Source: Cetorhinus maximus (taxonomy: Eukaryota). Taken from it: a DNA stretch of 64,000 nucleotides. Each line of letters begins with the position of its first letter. The stretch's first letter is position 1. Shown here piece after piece: positions 38,575 to 50,974 of the stretch. A program made the translations under genes and the position numbers. The DNA lies in assembly GCF_964194155.1 (NCBI RefSeq), contig NC_135899.1:21514001-21578000 (forward strand). The letters are read 5' to 3'. The notes under the pieces were generated by a model. The model worked only from the letters and a program-made list of their open reading frames with translations. It ran no database searches and had not been told where the DNA came from.

Positions 38575-38862
38575 CCTACCTTAGGCCTTACACTTTGGCC
38601 TTACATCATTAACTCTTTTGTTATTTAATCACTCTGCCTTCCACTCAATTACAGACCTTCACCTTTGGCCTTTTCCTCCCTTCTGCATTTCACTTTCTTA
38701 AAACCTGCTACGTTTCTAATTTTTCCCAGTTCTGATGAAAGGTCATCAGCCTGAAATGCTCACATTGTTTCTCTCTCCACAGATGCTGCCTTACCTGCTG
38801 AGTATTGTAGCATTTTCTGTTTTTATTTCAGATTTCCAGATCCACAGTATTTTGCCTTTGTC
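38575..38862 (+). mobile_element. PLE 3' terminus (older subfamily) with hammerhead motif
   Basis: AGTT-CTGATGA-AAGGT-CATCA-GCCT-GAAATGC at 38728-38760, then ctccacagatgctgcc...cctgctgag...tttcagatttccag. Confidence 0.8.
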
Positions 38863-38919
38863 ATAGAATATCAAAATTTGTTGAAGACATAAGAATATTT
38901 TGAGAAATAAGAAAGCTAT

Positions 38920-39530
38920 TAAAGATTTAAGTAGGGAAGTTTTACTGCAGCTGTACAGAGCCTTGATGAGACCACATCTGGAGGACTGTGTACAGTTTTG
39001 GTCTCCTTATTTGAAAAAGGATATAGTTGCATTAGAAGCTTTTCAGAGAAGGTTCATTCAACTGATTCCTGGGATGAGGGGCTTATCTTATGAAGAAAGG
39101 TTGATTAGGTTGGGCCTATAACCATTGGAGTTTAGTAGAATGAGAGGTGATCTTATTGAAATATATAAGATTGGAAGGGGTTGATGGGGTGGATACTGGA
39201 GAATGTTTCCTCTTGTGGAGACTAGAACTAGGGGCACAGTCAAAGAATTAAAAAATAATAATTTGAGACTTTGATGAGGAGAAATTTTTTCTCTCTGAGA
39301 GCCAGTAATCTGTGGAGTTTTGTTCTCCAGAAATCAATGGATGCTGGGTCACTGAATTTGTTCAAGACTGAGTTAGATAGATTTTTGATAGACAGGAGAG
39401 TCAAGGGTTATGGGGAGCAGACAGAAAGGTGAAGTTGAGACCACAACCAGATCAGCCATGATCTTATCAAATGGTGGAGCAGGCTCGAAGGGCAAAATGG
39501 GCTACTGCTTCTGAGTCCTATGTTCCTGTT
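38920..39530 (+). mobile_element. CR1 3' fragment
   Basis: LLQLYRALMRPHLEDCVQFWSPYLKKDI...GLSYEERL plus 3' tail. Confidence 0.92.
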
Positions 39531-40059
39531 TTCCTTTGATTTCCAGAGGAAAGGGACAGATTTGTGGAATAGGCAGACAGGTGACAGATTGAACTTTAGT
39601 GTTCAGACATGTGTCAACATTTAGTCCAAACTAGGACACATCTTCCATGAAAACATCTTTACCAAAAGGTTTCCTCCTCTGCCCTGTGGGTTTGCTTCTG
39701 TTTCTAGTTGGTTTTTTTTTAAATGTTGCAAAGTATATTGAATGTTCCTTTTTGCTTCCATTCCAGAAGTTGACTCACTTCGCCTGCTGCTCGGTACAGT
39801 ATCAGTTTGATTCTCCATGGCCTGACTGCCCAGATAACAGCTCGCAATATATTTTTTAATCATTATTTTGAAGGATGGCATGTTGTACCTTATTATGGCC
39901 TGGTACATTTGACAGACCATTTTGAAAATATCTTTCTATAGGGTTACATAATTTAGCAAAAGATACAAGTGTTCATTATTGCTATAAACAGGCTATAATT
40001 TTTAAGTCGGAAATTTCTATATTTTCTTTCTGTTACTTCCATTTAATGATAAATCTTGA

Positions 40060-41042
40060 TGATGTTCCTAGAAGATAAATTGGTGTACTCTGGTTCTCAA
40101 TGCCTCAACCAATAGGACAGTTTCTTCCTAACGACTCTGTCCAGTTTTTCATGATTTTGAAAACCTCTATCAAACCTCCTTTCAACCTTCTCTAAGGAGA
40201 AGACTACCTTCAACAATTTATCCATGTAAGTGGAGTCTCTCATCCTTGGAACCACTCTCCTAATCTTTTCAGCATCTTTTCAAATCTTTTCTAAATTGTG
40301 GTACCCAGGATTGGACTCAGTTCCAGTTAAGGTCAAACCAATGTTTTATAAAGGTTCACCATAGGGTGTTTTCCTTTGTACTCTGCTTCTCTATTTATAA
40401 AGTTCAGAACCATATTCTGAATGTGTCCTGCCACCTTTATCAATTTGTGCAATATAATCCCCAATTTCCTTTGCTTCTGCATTTCCTTCAGAGTTGTACC
40501 CTCACTTCATATTTCCTACAAATATGTTTCTATAAAAATTTATCACTTTATACTTCTATGCATTAAATTTCATCTGCCACTTGCACCCATTCCACCAGCC
40601 CATATATCTTCTCTTGAGGTCTATCACTATCTTTCTCACAGTTCACAATATTCCAAGTTTTGTGACATCTGCAATTTTGGAATTGTGCCTGTATGCCCAA
40701 ATCTTGGTCATTGATTTGGATCAAGGAAAGCAGTGGTCCTAAAACTGATTATGCGGGACACCTGTATACTTTATTCCAGTCTGAAAAGCAACCGTTCACC
40801 GCTAATCACTGTTTCCTGTACTCAGCCAATTTTGTATCCACGCTGCACCTGTCTATTTTATTCCATAGGCTTTAACTTTGCTGACACGCCTGTTATGTGG
40901 CTGTTCATCAAACAACTTTTGGATATCAAACAACTTTTTGAAGTCCATGTAGATCACATAAACTGCATTACGTTCATCAACCCTCTCTGTTACCTTATCA
41001 AAGTGCTCAAAACCAAATTAATTAAACTGCATTTGCCTTTGA
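40060..41042 (-). mobile_element. Degraded CR1 RT/3' fragment
   Basis: Reverse-strand YMDFKK..D, cccag/aggacc and C-terminal motifs as in other CR1 copies. Confidence 0.8.
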
Positions 41043-41044
41043 TG

Positions 41045-41707
41045 ACAGTCAGTGGTAATCAGCAAGAGGTTACCTTGCCATGAGACTTCGTGGGGCCTGG
41101 AGTCAATAATTAATGTTGAGAATTCCGAGGGCAACTTCCTCCCAAGTGTATACCACTGTGCTGCCACTTCTGGTGATGGTGGTCTCTGGGACATTGTCTG
41201 TTAGCTATGATTCAGCATGCAAGGTATGAGAATGTCTATGTTAGGCTGTCATACAGCTCTCACAATTTTGCCCCCAGTGACCAGATATTAGTGAGGAGGA
41301 CTTTGCAGGGTCGACTGGGCTTGTTTTGCCGTTATTGTTTCTGTTGCATAGGTCAATGTTGAGTGGTATGTCTGGTTTCACTCCTTTTAGAGATTGTAGT
41401 GATTTGATACAACCGAGTGGCTTGCAGGCCATTTCAAAGGGCAGTTAAGAGTCAACTATATTCCTTTGGGTCTGGAGTCACATGTAGGTCACAGGTAGGG
41501 ACAGCAGATTACATTGGTGAGCTAGATGGATTTTGCCACAATTGACAAAAGTTTCACGGTTGCAGTTACTGAAAATGGCTTTCCATTCCAGAAATATTAA
41601 TTACATTTAAATTCTACCAACTGCTATGATGGAATTTGAACCCATGCCCCCAGAGCATTAGCCTGCACCTCTGGATTACTAGTCCAGTGATGATACCACT
41701 ATGTCAC
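41045..41707 (-). mobile_element. LINE-B 5' end with tRNA-derived head contiguous with the APE start
   Basis: Minus strand: A box tgacatagtgg, arm ctggactagtaatccag, B box ggttcaaattcc, then ~350 bp, then APE-type sequence homologous to 26500-26600 and 28680-28790. Confidence 0.8.
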
Positions 41708-41711
41708 AACA

Positions 41712-42015
41712 TCTCCTTATGTTTAAGAATAAGAAGTCTACCATTTAAGATGGCGATAAGGAAAATCTTTTTCTCTAAAAGGGTCATTAGCATATAGAAT
41801 TCTCTTCCCCAGAAAACAATGAAGGCTGGTTCATTGAATTCATTCAATGCAGAGTTAAACAGATTTTTGACAGACAAGGGGGTCAAGGGTTATTTGGGGC
41901 AGATGGCAAAGTGGAGTTGAGATCACAACCAGATCAGCCACGATCTTGTTGAATTGCAAAGCAGGCTCAAAGGATTGAATGGTTTACTCCTGCCCCTAAG
42001 TTCTATGATCCTATT
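41712..42015 (+). mobile_element. CR1 3' tail
   Basis: ccatttaagatggcgataagg...gatcagccacgatcttgttgaattgc. Confidence 0.85.
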
Positions 42016-42019
42016 TAAG

Positions 42020-42625
42020 CATCAATGAACATGTGGAAACTGATGTTGTGTTTGCTGATAATGTCACCAAGAGGCAGCAGGCAAGTGAAAAATAGGACCT
42101 GGACAATAATAGATCCTTGGAAAACAAGAGATATAATGGTATGGGAGTGGATAGAGAAGCCATATTAAGTGTTGCTCTAGCTATGACTAGATAGTTACGA
42201 CTGGAACCAGGTGGATGACAGTTGAGAGGCGTTGGAGGAGAATGGTTTGCTCAGCCATGTAAAAGGCAGCAGACAGTTTGGTCTAGACAAGGAGGGCTAG
42301 TTTTAATTTGTCATAGTCACATTGGGTTTCATTTCTGACTTTGCAAAGGGCTGTTTTGGTACTGAATAGGTGTGAAAAACCCATATGTGGGACTCAAATA
42401 TGGAGTTCTGGGAATGTCAGATTCAACCTCCTGGTTACCAGGGAAAGGGATAGAGTCAGTGGCCAGGGTACAGACTTTCTAGTGAGGCTCTGAGACAATG
42501 GCTTCTATATCCTAGTACTGGTTTATGAACAATCAGTGTGACCATAGAGACAGTGGAGTGGTCAAGGGCATGGAGAGTGAGGCTGAGCCAGGTGTCTTCA
42601 GCATGCATGTGGAAAATGCTGTATC
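42020..42625 (-). mobile_element. Degraded L2 RT fragments
   Basis: IFHMHAEDTWLSL and gatctattattgtccagg (PQGS-like) motifs. Confidence 0.65.
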
Positions 42626-42629
42626 TCCT

Positions 42630-43705
42630 GATAATGTGCATGATAATTCTTTGTTGACATTACCTACATTTGTCATGATCTTGTACTCTGTCAAATTTCT
42701 CCTCAATCTCCTTTGCTCCAGGGAAAACAACTACAGCTTCTCTAACCACACCTCACTCAAATCTCTGAACCCTTGAAACGTTCGGGTGAACGTGCTCTTC
42801 ACTCTCTGAAGGACTCTTATATCCTTAAAGTAAGGTGTCCAGATCTGGACACAATTCTATGATTGTGGTCTAATCAGAGCTTTATACAGCTTCAGCATAA
42901 CTTCCCTGGCTTCGTACTCAAAGCCTCTCCTTATGAAGCCTAAGGTCCCATTTGCTTTGAGAACTGCACTCCAAGTATGTTGTGCTATCTTCAAAGATCT
43001 ATGGGCATGAACCCCAGTTTCTTTTGTCCCTGTACACGTTTTAAAACTGTGTTATTTAATATATATTACCTCTCACTCTTTTGCCAACATGTATCACATC
43101 ATAGTTCCTTGTGCTAAATTCTATCTGCCACTTCTCTGCACATTCTGCTAGTTTTTTTTATGTCCTGTTGCCATTGATGTCAGCATCACTGTCAGCCACA
43201 TCCCTAAGTTTGTAATCATTGGCAAATTTTGAAAAGAAAAATGATCCCAGCACTGGGCTGTGAAAACAACACTGTCCACACCACCAGCCTGAAAAATATC
43301 CATTTATCACGACTTGCTGTCATCTTTTCTTAAGCCGTTTTTTTTACCCACTGCCCCTCCTATTCCATCAGCCTTTTCTGTCGCACTTTGTCAAAGGCTT
43401 TGTTGAAATTCATATAGACAACACCCATTGCTTTCCCTTCATCAGCATTCTCTCTAGCTTCATAAAAAAAATCAATTAGTCAAACACAGTCTGTCTTTTA
43501 CAAATCCTTGCTGACTTTCCTTAATTGACTCAAATTTCTCAAAGAGCTTGTTGAATGTTTCTCTAATTATTCCTTCTGAAATTGATGTTAAACTGACTGG
43601 CCGGTAGTCAATAGGACTGTCCTTACAGCTTTTCTTGAATGAGTGTGTCACATTTGCCGTTCTTGGATCCTCTGGCACTCCCACGTCATCGGCTGCCCCC
43701 TGATT
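42630..43705 (-). mobile_element. Degraded CR1 RT/3' fragment
   Basis: ANVTHSFKK..DYRPVSLTS, QQGFVKDRLCLTN, YMNFNKAFDKV, FSLEQRRLR. Confidence 0.88.
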
Positions 43706-43709
43706 CAAT

Positions 43710-45740
43710 GATGATGGCGACTCAGGTTTGCAAGTTTTTGGCAAAAGTCTTGATGTAGCTGAACAGGCCAGCTTTAGATCCACAAATCACTGGGCACATG
43801 GGGCAGGACAATTCCACAGGGTTGCAGAATCTGGAGTGCAGGGTTTTCTTTGTTTTTTTTCCTTCTCTGCTCTTGTTCTCCCTCATCATTAAGGCAATGA
43901 GACTTGAAGCATGATGGAGATTGATGGACAAGTTATCATTCTAAATGATTGGTAGCAAAATCCTCCCAGTGACTAATGCCAATGCTGTCACACTTCAAAG
44001 AGGGTCCCAAGAGTGTTTTGTGAACACAGTATATTTGTGTTTCCCTGGAACGTTAACCATTTGAGAGATGAAAGAACAGGACTTGGTGGAGTAGATGATT
44101 TTGAGCCATAAACATACAGTGACTGTCAATTGAGATGGTTTTGCAGGAGTTTTACAAGAATATTTGTGGACCTTTGATGGATGAGTATTCAGCCAGGAGA
44201 TCAATTGTTCACCATCTTTGTTGGCGTTGTCTTTAATGTGATGTGAAGTTAAATCCCGATTTGCAAGTCCAATTGTAAATATTTATATGAAGCTGCTGTT
44301 GGAAGGATGGCTGAAGGCAATGGCTTTGTGGTGTGCTCGCTGATCCTTTAGGGATCTGACTCTATTTTCCTCAAATATTAAGTTTCCTTGATGCCAGAGA
44401 TTTCTCTATATGGATCTGCCCAGGAGTGTTTTTTCCACATGTAGTGGAGCCCAGCTTAAATGCTATGAGAATGGCTTTCAGATTATCTTTCAAATACTTT
44501 TTTCTTATGGTGCAGGCTCCTGTGTTCAGATGGATGTAGAATACCACTACTGGTATATGGGAATCCTCTATGTGAGCTGCAGGGGCAACCCAGTGAAGCT
44601 GACTTCTGATAAGCACGGTCTCCATACAAGGTACGCAGCATAATGCAAGAATTTTGGAGTTGGGTATTTTGTCCTGACACTAGGGCCAGGATTTTATGGC
44701 CCTGCTGCAGCGTGTCTGCCCCCGGCGGATTTATTTAAATCACCAATCAGTTTGGCAGGATCGTAATGTCCTGCTGGGCGGAGGCGCCCTATAATCTGGC
44801 CTTGATGTTGCATCTAGATATTAAAAAATGAAGATTGAATGCATCTGCTTGCTTTATGGTTGCAAGTAGGTTGTCCACGCCTTACAGCTATAGAGAAGTG
44901 ATGTGAGAACCACTGCTTGGTAGTCTCTGATATTTGCTTTGAGACAAAGCCTCTCCAAACTCTCTGTGAGAACTTGCCAAATACTGAGTTTGGTTTTGCC
45001 ATGTGATGGGCAATTTCATCCTCCAATGCGGTGTTGTTGGAGAGGATGCTTCCAAAATAGCAGAACTTCTGAACTGACCTGAAGGATGTATTATCGATTG
45101 CGACTATGGGTCTTGGAGTTTGTCACAAGGAGCAGGTTGGTACAAACTCCCTTTCTTTTCCAGAGCTATTATAAGACTAAAGCACCCTGAAACTTGGGAA
45201 AGGCATTCAACAAGCAGATGTATATCCTCCAAAGTGTTTGACATGAGAGCACAGTTTTAACAAATAAGGGTTCATTTATTAGTTGTTCCATGATTTTTGT
45301 GCAAGCCTTGAACCTTTTAAAGAGGTTGCCACCTGGCCTAAACTGAATGTCTACTCCTATGTTGAGATCTTTGAGTGCATACAAGAGCATGGCTGAAAAG
45401 TGGATAGCAAACAGAACTTGCATCAGTGCACAAACTTCAGTGGTGCCATTGATAACTGAGAAGGTACCTGATGAGGTACCATTCTGCATCATACTGGCCA
45501 TCATGTTGTCATGAAATAATGGATGACACTGATCATTTTTTAGGGCAGCCATATTTGTACAGCACCCTTCATGGTTTACTGCATTCAAAAACCTTTGATA
45601 GATCAGCAAACACCATGTAGAGGTACTTGTTCTTTATTGTTTTCCATCTATTTAATTGCTTGTTGCAGGCCTCCCATTGATGGTCATCCATTCATGGATT
45701 CTATCACACAGCACTAAGTACTAACCTGGAGCGTAATTTT
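43710..45740 (-). mobile_element. RTE LINE RT and C-terminus
   Basis: EDEIAHHMAK.NSVFGK, SQLHWV..HIEDSHIP..VFY, KDNLKA, terminal CPMCPVICGSKAGLFSY. Confidence 0.85.
44683..44802. mobile_element. ~120-bp GC-rich MITE with Harbinger-like termini inserted in the RTE
   Basis: Imperfect TIRs ggccaggattttatgg / cctataatctggcc; sharp GC contrast with the flanks. Confidence 0.55.
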
Positions 45741-45744
45741 TAAA

Positions 45745-46640
45745 AATTCATTTATGGGATGTGGGCTTCGCTGGCTGGGCCAGCATTTATTGTCCAACCC
45801 TAGTTTCCGTTGAGAAGGTGGTGGTGAGCTGCTTTCTTGATCTGCTGCAGTCCACGTGCTGTAGGTACGTCCACAGTGTTGTTAGGGAGTGAGTTCCAGG
45901 ATTTTGACCCAGCGACAGTGAAGAAACGGAGATATATTTCCAAGTCAGGTTGGTGACTGACTTGGAGGGGAACTTCCAGGCGATGGTGTTCCCATTTATC
46001 GCTGCCCTTGTCCTTCTAGATGGTAGTGGTCATGGGTTTGGAAGATGCTGTCAAAGGAGCCTTGGTAAATTCCTGCAGTGCACCTTGTAGATGGTCCATA
46101 CTGCTGCTACTGTGTGTCAGTGGTGGAGGGAGTGAATGTTTGTGGATGTGGTGCCAATCAAGTGGGCTGCTTTGCCCTGGACAGTGTCAAACTTCTTGAG
46201 TGTTGTGAGAGCTGCACTCATCCAGGCAAGTGGAGAGTATTCCATCACACTCCTGACTTGTGCCTTGCAGACAGTGAGCAGGCTTTGGGGAGTCAGGAGG
46301 TGAGTTACTTGCCACAGAATTCCTAGCCTCTGACTTGCTCTTGTGGCACAGTATTAATATGGCTAGTCCAGTTCAGTTTCTGGTCAATGGTAACCGTCAG
46401 GATGTTGATAGTGGAGGATTCAGTGATGGTGATGCCATTGAATGTCAAGGGGCAATGGTTAGATCCTTTCTTGTTGGAGATGGTCATTGCTTAGCACTTG
46501 TGTTGCTCAAATGTTACTTGCCACCAGTCAGCCCAAGCCTGGATATTGTCCAGGTCTTGCTGTATTTGGACATGGATTGCTTTAGTATCTGAGGAGTCGA
46601 GAATGGTGCTTAATATTGTGTAATCATCAGTGAATGTCCC
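45745..46640 (-). mobile_element. LINE-B 3' fragment
   Basis: Colinear with 16095-16990. Confidence 0.92.
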
Positions 46641-46689
46641 TCCCTTTGAAAATGGTGGGGCCTAGGACAGTAACGTGAGGAACTCGCCT

Positions 46690-46905
46690 ATTTCTAGAAA
46701 CTCTTGCTATCCATCTTTATATTTCTAGCTAGCTTTCTCTCATACTCGAATTTCCCCTTCTTATTCATCTTTTTGTCATTCTTCACTGTTCTTTATATTC
46801 TGTCCAATCTTCTGACCTGCCACCTGTCTGTGCAATTGTATGCATTTTCTTTAAGCTTGATACTGTCTTTAACTTTTTTAGTTAGCCACAGATGGTGAGC
46901 CTTCC
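46690..46905 (-). mobile_element. CR1 ORF2 internal fragment
   Basis: Homologous to 9400-9610 (ctagctagctttctctc...tccaatcttctgacctgccacc). Confidence 0.8.
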
Positions 46906-46915
46906 ATCAACATAT

Positions 46916-48180
46916 TGTTAGGAAATAAAGATAATTTAAGTAAGTTATATTTGCACTTGTGGGTGTTAGGAATGAGTTTTAGCTTTAATGTTTAAGTTTG
47001 ATTTGTATTTCTGTATGTGTTAAGAAAAAGTCAAGTTTTAATTTCACTTGAAGAGTTGCCTGCATTTCTAAAGAGAGTTTTATGACTGTTGCAGCTAAGT
47101 TAAACAAACAAGAGTAGAGAAACCTGGGCTGGTGCCTAGCAACAGGTATCCAGAGAGGCAAGTCCCTCCCACAGACACACCCACAAGAAACCAGAATCAG
47201 CAGTTTGATTTGGAAGATGTTTGAGTTCAGTTGGTTTTGAAGACAGTTGCCAGGAGAGACTAGAGCAAAGGGGACATATAGCAGGTTCCCAGCTAAAGAA
47301 AATACCTCAAAATCCTGGGGAGTGGAACAGGAGAAAGTCCCAAGCAAAGGAAGGACAGGAACTTGGAAACGGTACTGTTAAGTGAAGTTAAGAATGAGGG
47401 GCAGAGAGAAAGGCTGCAAGCTTCAGATTTAGAGGCAAACACAGATTTAAAGCGAGAACAGCTTGCAAGAGGCAAGAAGGTCCAAAGAGATGGCTGAAAG
47501 TTTGTAACTCTTTGCTATGGGCATGTGAAGCAGAAGTACTGTTGACAGCTGAGTCAGTGTGAGAGACTCTATGGATGAAAGCTTGAATGCATGTGTGACC
47601 CAGGGGACAGGAACATCAAAAGGAGGGCTCAGAGCCCTGGAGGTGAACCCTTGCAGAAAGTGTCTGAGAGAAAGCATTGGTTTGGGAGAAGATTCCAAGG
47701 CGAGTTCTTGGAAAGTGAAAATTGAAAACCCTCGTGTGAAAGACGGAATTCAGTGAAACTGGCGTGTCAAGCTTCTGGGAGAAGTTGAGAGATCCATATC
47801 ATCTGTCTGGGGTGGCATCTGTCACTTGGTTTCAGAGTGTGTTGTGCTTGACTACAGGTTGCCTGTTGGTACATGGACTGTGTACTTACTGGGAACATTA
47901 GAGTATTAGATAGCTTTTGTAACTTGTGTTATCCTAACAAATCTGTATATATCTGTAAAGGTATAGTTATGGGTGAAGCAGTATTATAATATAGCTCATC
48001 ATTTTATATTTAATAAATGTCTTATGCTTTTGTTATAAGTTCATTAGCTGACTCCGGTGACTCTGTTCAGTAGCCCTCTCCACCTATCTAAACAAACAAA
48101 TGGAAGTTAGGATCTATCAAATTGGGTTCTGTCCTGGGATCAGGCTTGTCCAGTGGTAACCTCAGTTGGGGATCATAACA
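46916..48180 (+). mobile_element. Gypsy-type solo LTR (~1265 bp)
   Basis: TGTTAGGA...TCATAACA termini, flanks ATAT/ATCT (4-bp TSD, one mismatch), AATAAA at 48012. Confidence 0.82.
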
Positions 48181-48184
48181 ATCT

Positions 48185-49065
48185 GGCCCTGGTGGCTTCA
48201 AAAAAGCTTTGCATGCCACGATAGTCAGCACAATTTTAAGGCTCTCGGGTTTTCTCTTCCCTATATGTATCCTTTAATTCCTGGATTTGTCTTTGCCTGT
48301 TACCCTTGGACTGTTGAAGTGCTGCCTTCTTGAGATATAACTTCATGTTGTTCTTCCGCAACGAAGGCTAATCATTTTTGTTCCAAGGGGTCACATATTT
48401 GAGCATCATTTTCCTGAACCAGTCCTGCTTACAGTGATGCTTGAACAAAATGTTCTGGGCACAGAATTATTGTACAACTGACATTTTTTTGATCCCACTG
48501 ACCTGCATTTGAGTTAGATGTGTAGAGATTTTCCAGATTGATTGTGGACTGCTTTAGGGCTGAAACATTGTTCTGCTTCCTTTTGACTTTTGGACCTTAC
48601 TATATCTTGATTCTGAATGGATGTTCATCACCAACTGAACAAGTCGATGAACTGACCAGCAGGCATCAGTTCCCTGCATGGTTATGGTGATTTGGACATC
48701 AATTAGACCTTTGACCTGAACAATGATGTACCAATGCTTTGAACTATGATGCCTCCATGTGGTTTTGTATTTGTTCTTCTGACAGAAGAGGGTGTTTGTT
48801 AGAGTTAGGCCATGCTGAGCTCACTTTGTCAGCATGGCGACGCCATTCGATTTTCCCACCCTGTATATTCCAATGGTTCCAGACTTCAGAGTCACAGCCA
48901 ACCCAGGCATAAAGCCCCTCAGAAGGATAGCACTTTTTTTCTTCTTTTGGGATGATAGTGAGTGCTTTATCAAGGTCAGGGTAGAACTTTTCCTTCACAT
49001 ATTCATTGGAGTCAACGGCCAGGGCATAAGCACAATTCACAGTGGCATATTGGCTGAGCTGTAGG
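48185..49065 (-). mobile_element. RTE LINE 5' (APE) portion
   Basis: AYALAVDSNEYVKEKFYPDLDKALTIIPKEEK; tccaaatcaccataaccatgcaggga (RDV.IT.AM.G-like). Confidence 0.8.
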
Positions 49066-49999
49066 CAAAGTGTCGTAGATTATTTATTTATATCATTGGG
49101 GATTTCTGACAATGCTTCCTTCTGTATTACAACCCAAAACTCACTCCTTTATACACATGATCCCTCTTTTCTACTTCTATTTTGTTGGGTCCCATCCCCC
49201 TTCCAATTTGGTTTAAACCTTCTGTGCAATCGATAATATTACCTGTTGAAATACTCCAGATGAAATTGTCATAACTGTCGAACACCAGGGATGTACTGTT
49301 TGAAAGGACTTGCTTTATAAGATCGAGTGAAGTTGACACCATTGACATCAGAAACTGATGAAGATAGTATTTTGTAGACAGTGGGAGCAGTAAAAGGTTG
49401 CAGAATCTTGTGGTCAAATAGGCCCAGATGCAGGAGGGATATGACCAGTAAAATGAACATTTCCTGGTGATGAAACATGATGTATAAAGCTGAAAGTGAT
49501 AATCCAGCAACACATGATGGGAGTTGGGCAAGAGTAAGCTACCCCTAGGCAAGTTTGGAGGGAATAACTTTAAATTACTAAACATGGCTAAATACACCCA
49601 TTATTAGAGGCAGAGGAACATAAAAATTCAGAGACGACTGGTGATGGGAGAGACAAAGCATAGTTATGGATGACTATGGTTTCAGATCTACAGCAAATGA
49701 CCTCACTAGCACTATGGAGCTCCGCACAGGTGGCAGAGAATTTTACTAAAATTTCTTAGAAATGCATTGTAGATGAATGCTCAAAGTTCTTCACTTCTGA
49801 AACTATTTCACTGATTTCAATCTTTGAAATCACCTGGAAAGATATCACATGAACTGCTGACAGAAATTTGAAAAGTCACCTGCTAAGGGGTTACCTGGTA
49901 TGAGTAATGATGTCACTGTGCAAACTCCAGTGGATGACGACTTAATCGCTCAATCATCGATTTAATGATTATGTCACTATGTATTTACCATCAGCATGC

Positions 50000-50350
50000 T
50001 TCCCCACAAGGGCACTGGTTCCAGGCCTGTTGAAGGACAACTGTCAGGCCTGTACAGGTCCCACCTCCCCTAGAACTGTTCCATGTGTCCGAAAAAAGTT
50101 AAAGCTCTTCCTGGTGCAGCGAATCTCCAGACATGTATTCTTCTGCTTTATCTGTTATCTTTACTCATCACCAGGGGTACTCCCAAAGTTGTTTCTACTT
50201 ATGGAACTGTTACCAATATGAACTATGGCCTCTGCTATTCACCCTCGCAAATGCTTTGCAGCTGCTCAGTGAAATCCTTGAGCCTTACACGAGGGAGGCA
50301 GCATGCCATCCTTAGTTCACGTATGCAGCAGCTGAATATCTTCCCCTCTA
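50000..50350 (-). mobile_element. Degraded CR1 ORF1 (esterase) fragment
   Basis: ggcactggttccaggcctgttgaagg and gggaggcagcatgccatcc resemble 13140-13170 and 13505-13530. Confidence 0.55.
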
Positions 50351-50974
50351 ATGATTTAACTATAGCTATTTAAATTAATTTGGCAGGGGAATGGGCATTA
50401 TCTTACTGAGGTGGAAAAGAGGATAAAGTGCATAAAGTGAGATCGTTGGAAAGTTCAAGAGATGTAATACCATATGAGTTAGGCGTGCACTGACAAAGGA
50501 CAACAGTGGAATGCAAAGACATGGTTATAATGCATGTACATGAAACCACAAAGTGTGAATAAAGCTGATGGGCTAAGCAATGTAGTAACAGAAATGTGGC
50601 TTAGAAATGCACCCACCAGCATTTTAAGGGCCGATTAAGGCCATTAGCAAGCCATTAGACAGTGATTTTCTGCTGCCCACGTAATTTTTAGTTCATTGCA
50701 TGGGCGAAATGAGCGGGCAGAAATCACGCTTTAATAGATTTCTCTTCCACAGGCAGGATAAAAGACCTCAGCAGCAGCAGTGTTTTATCTGTCATTACCA
50801 GTTAGTTGCTTTGTGAGTACAGAGTTGTCCCAGTTTCTTTGCATCTTGTTTGATTGTCAAGCCTGCCTTTCAGCACCTCAGGTCCTCAGCTTCCCTGGAA
50901 GGCTCCCCTGAGTATTGCAGCACAATGATCTTTCATTTTCAAGGCACTGGCCCTCTGCATCCCATCTAATAGGG

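Noticed and set aside
39621-39920. 99-aa minus ORF in unique sequence
   Set aside because: No motif and no convincing splice pair; the length is compatible with chance
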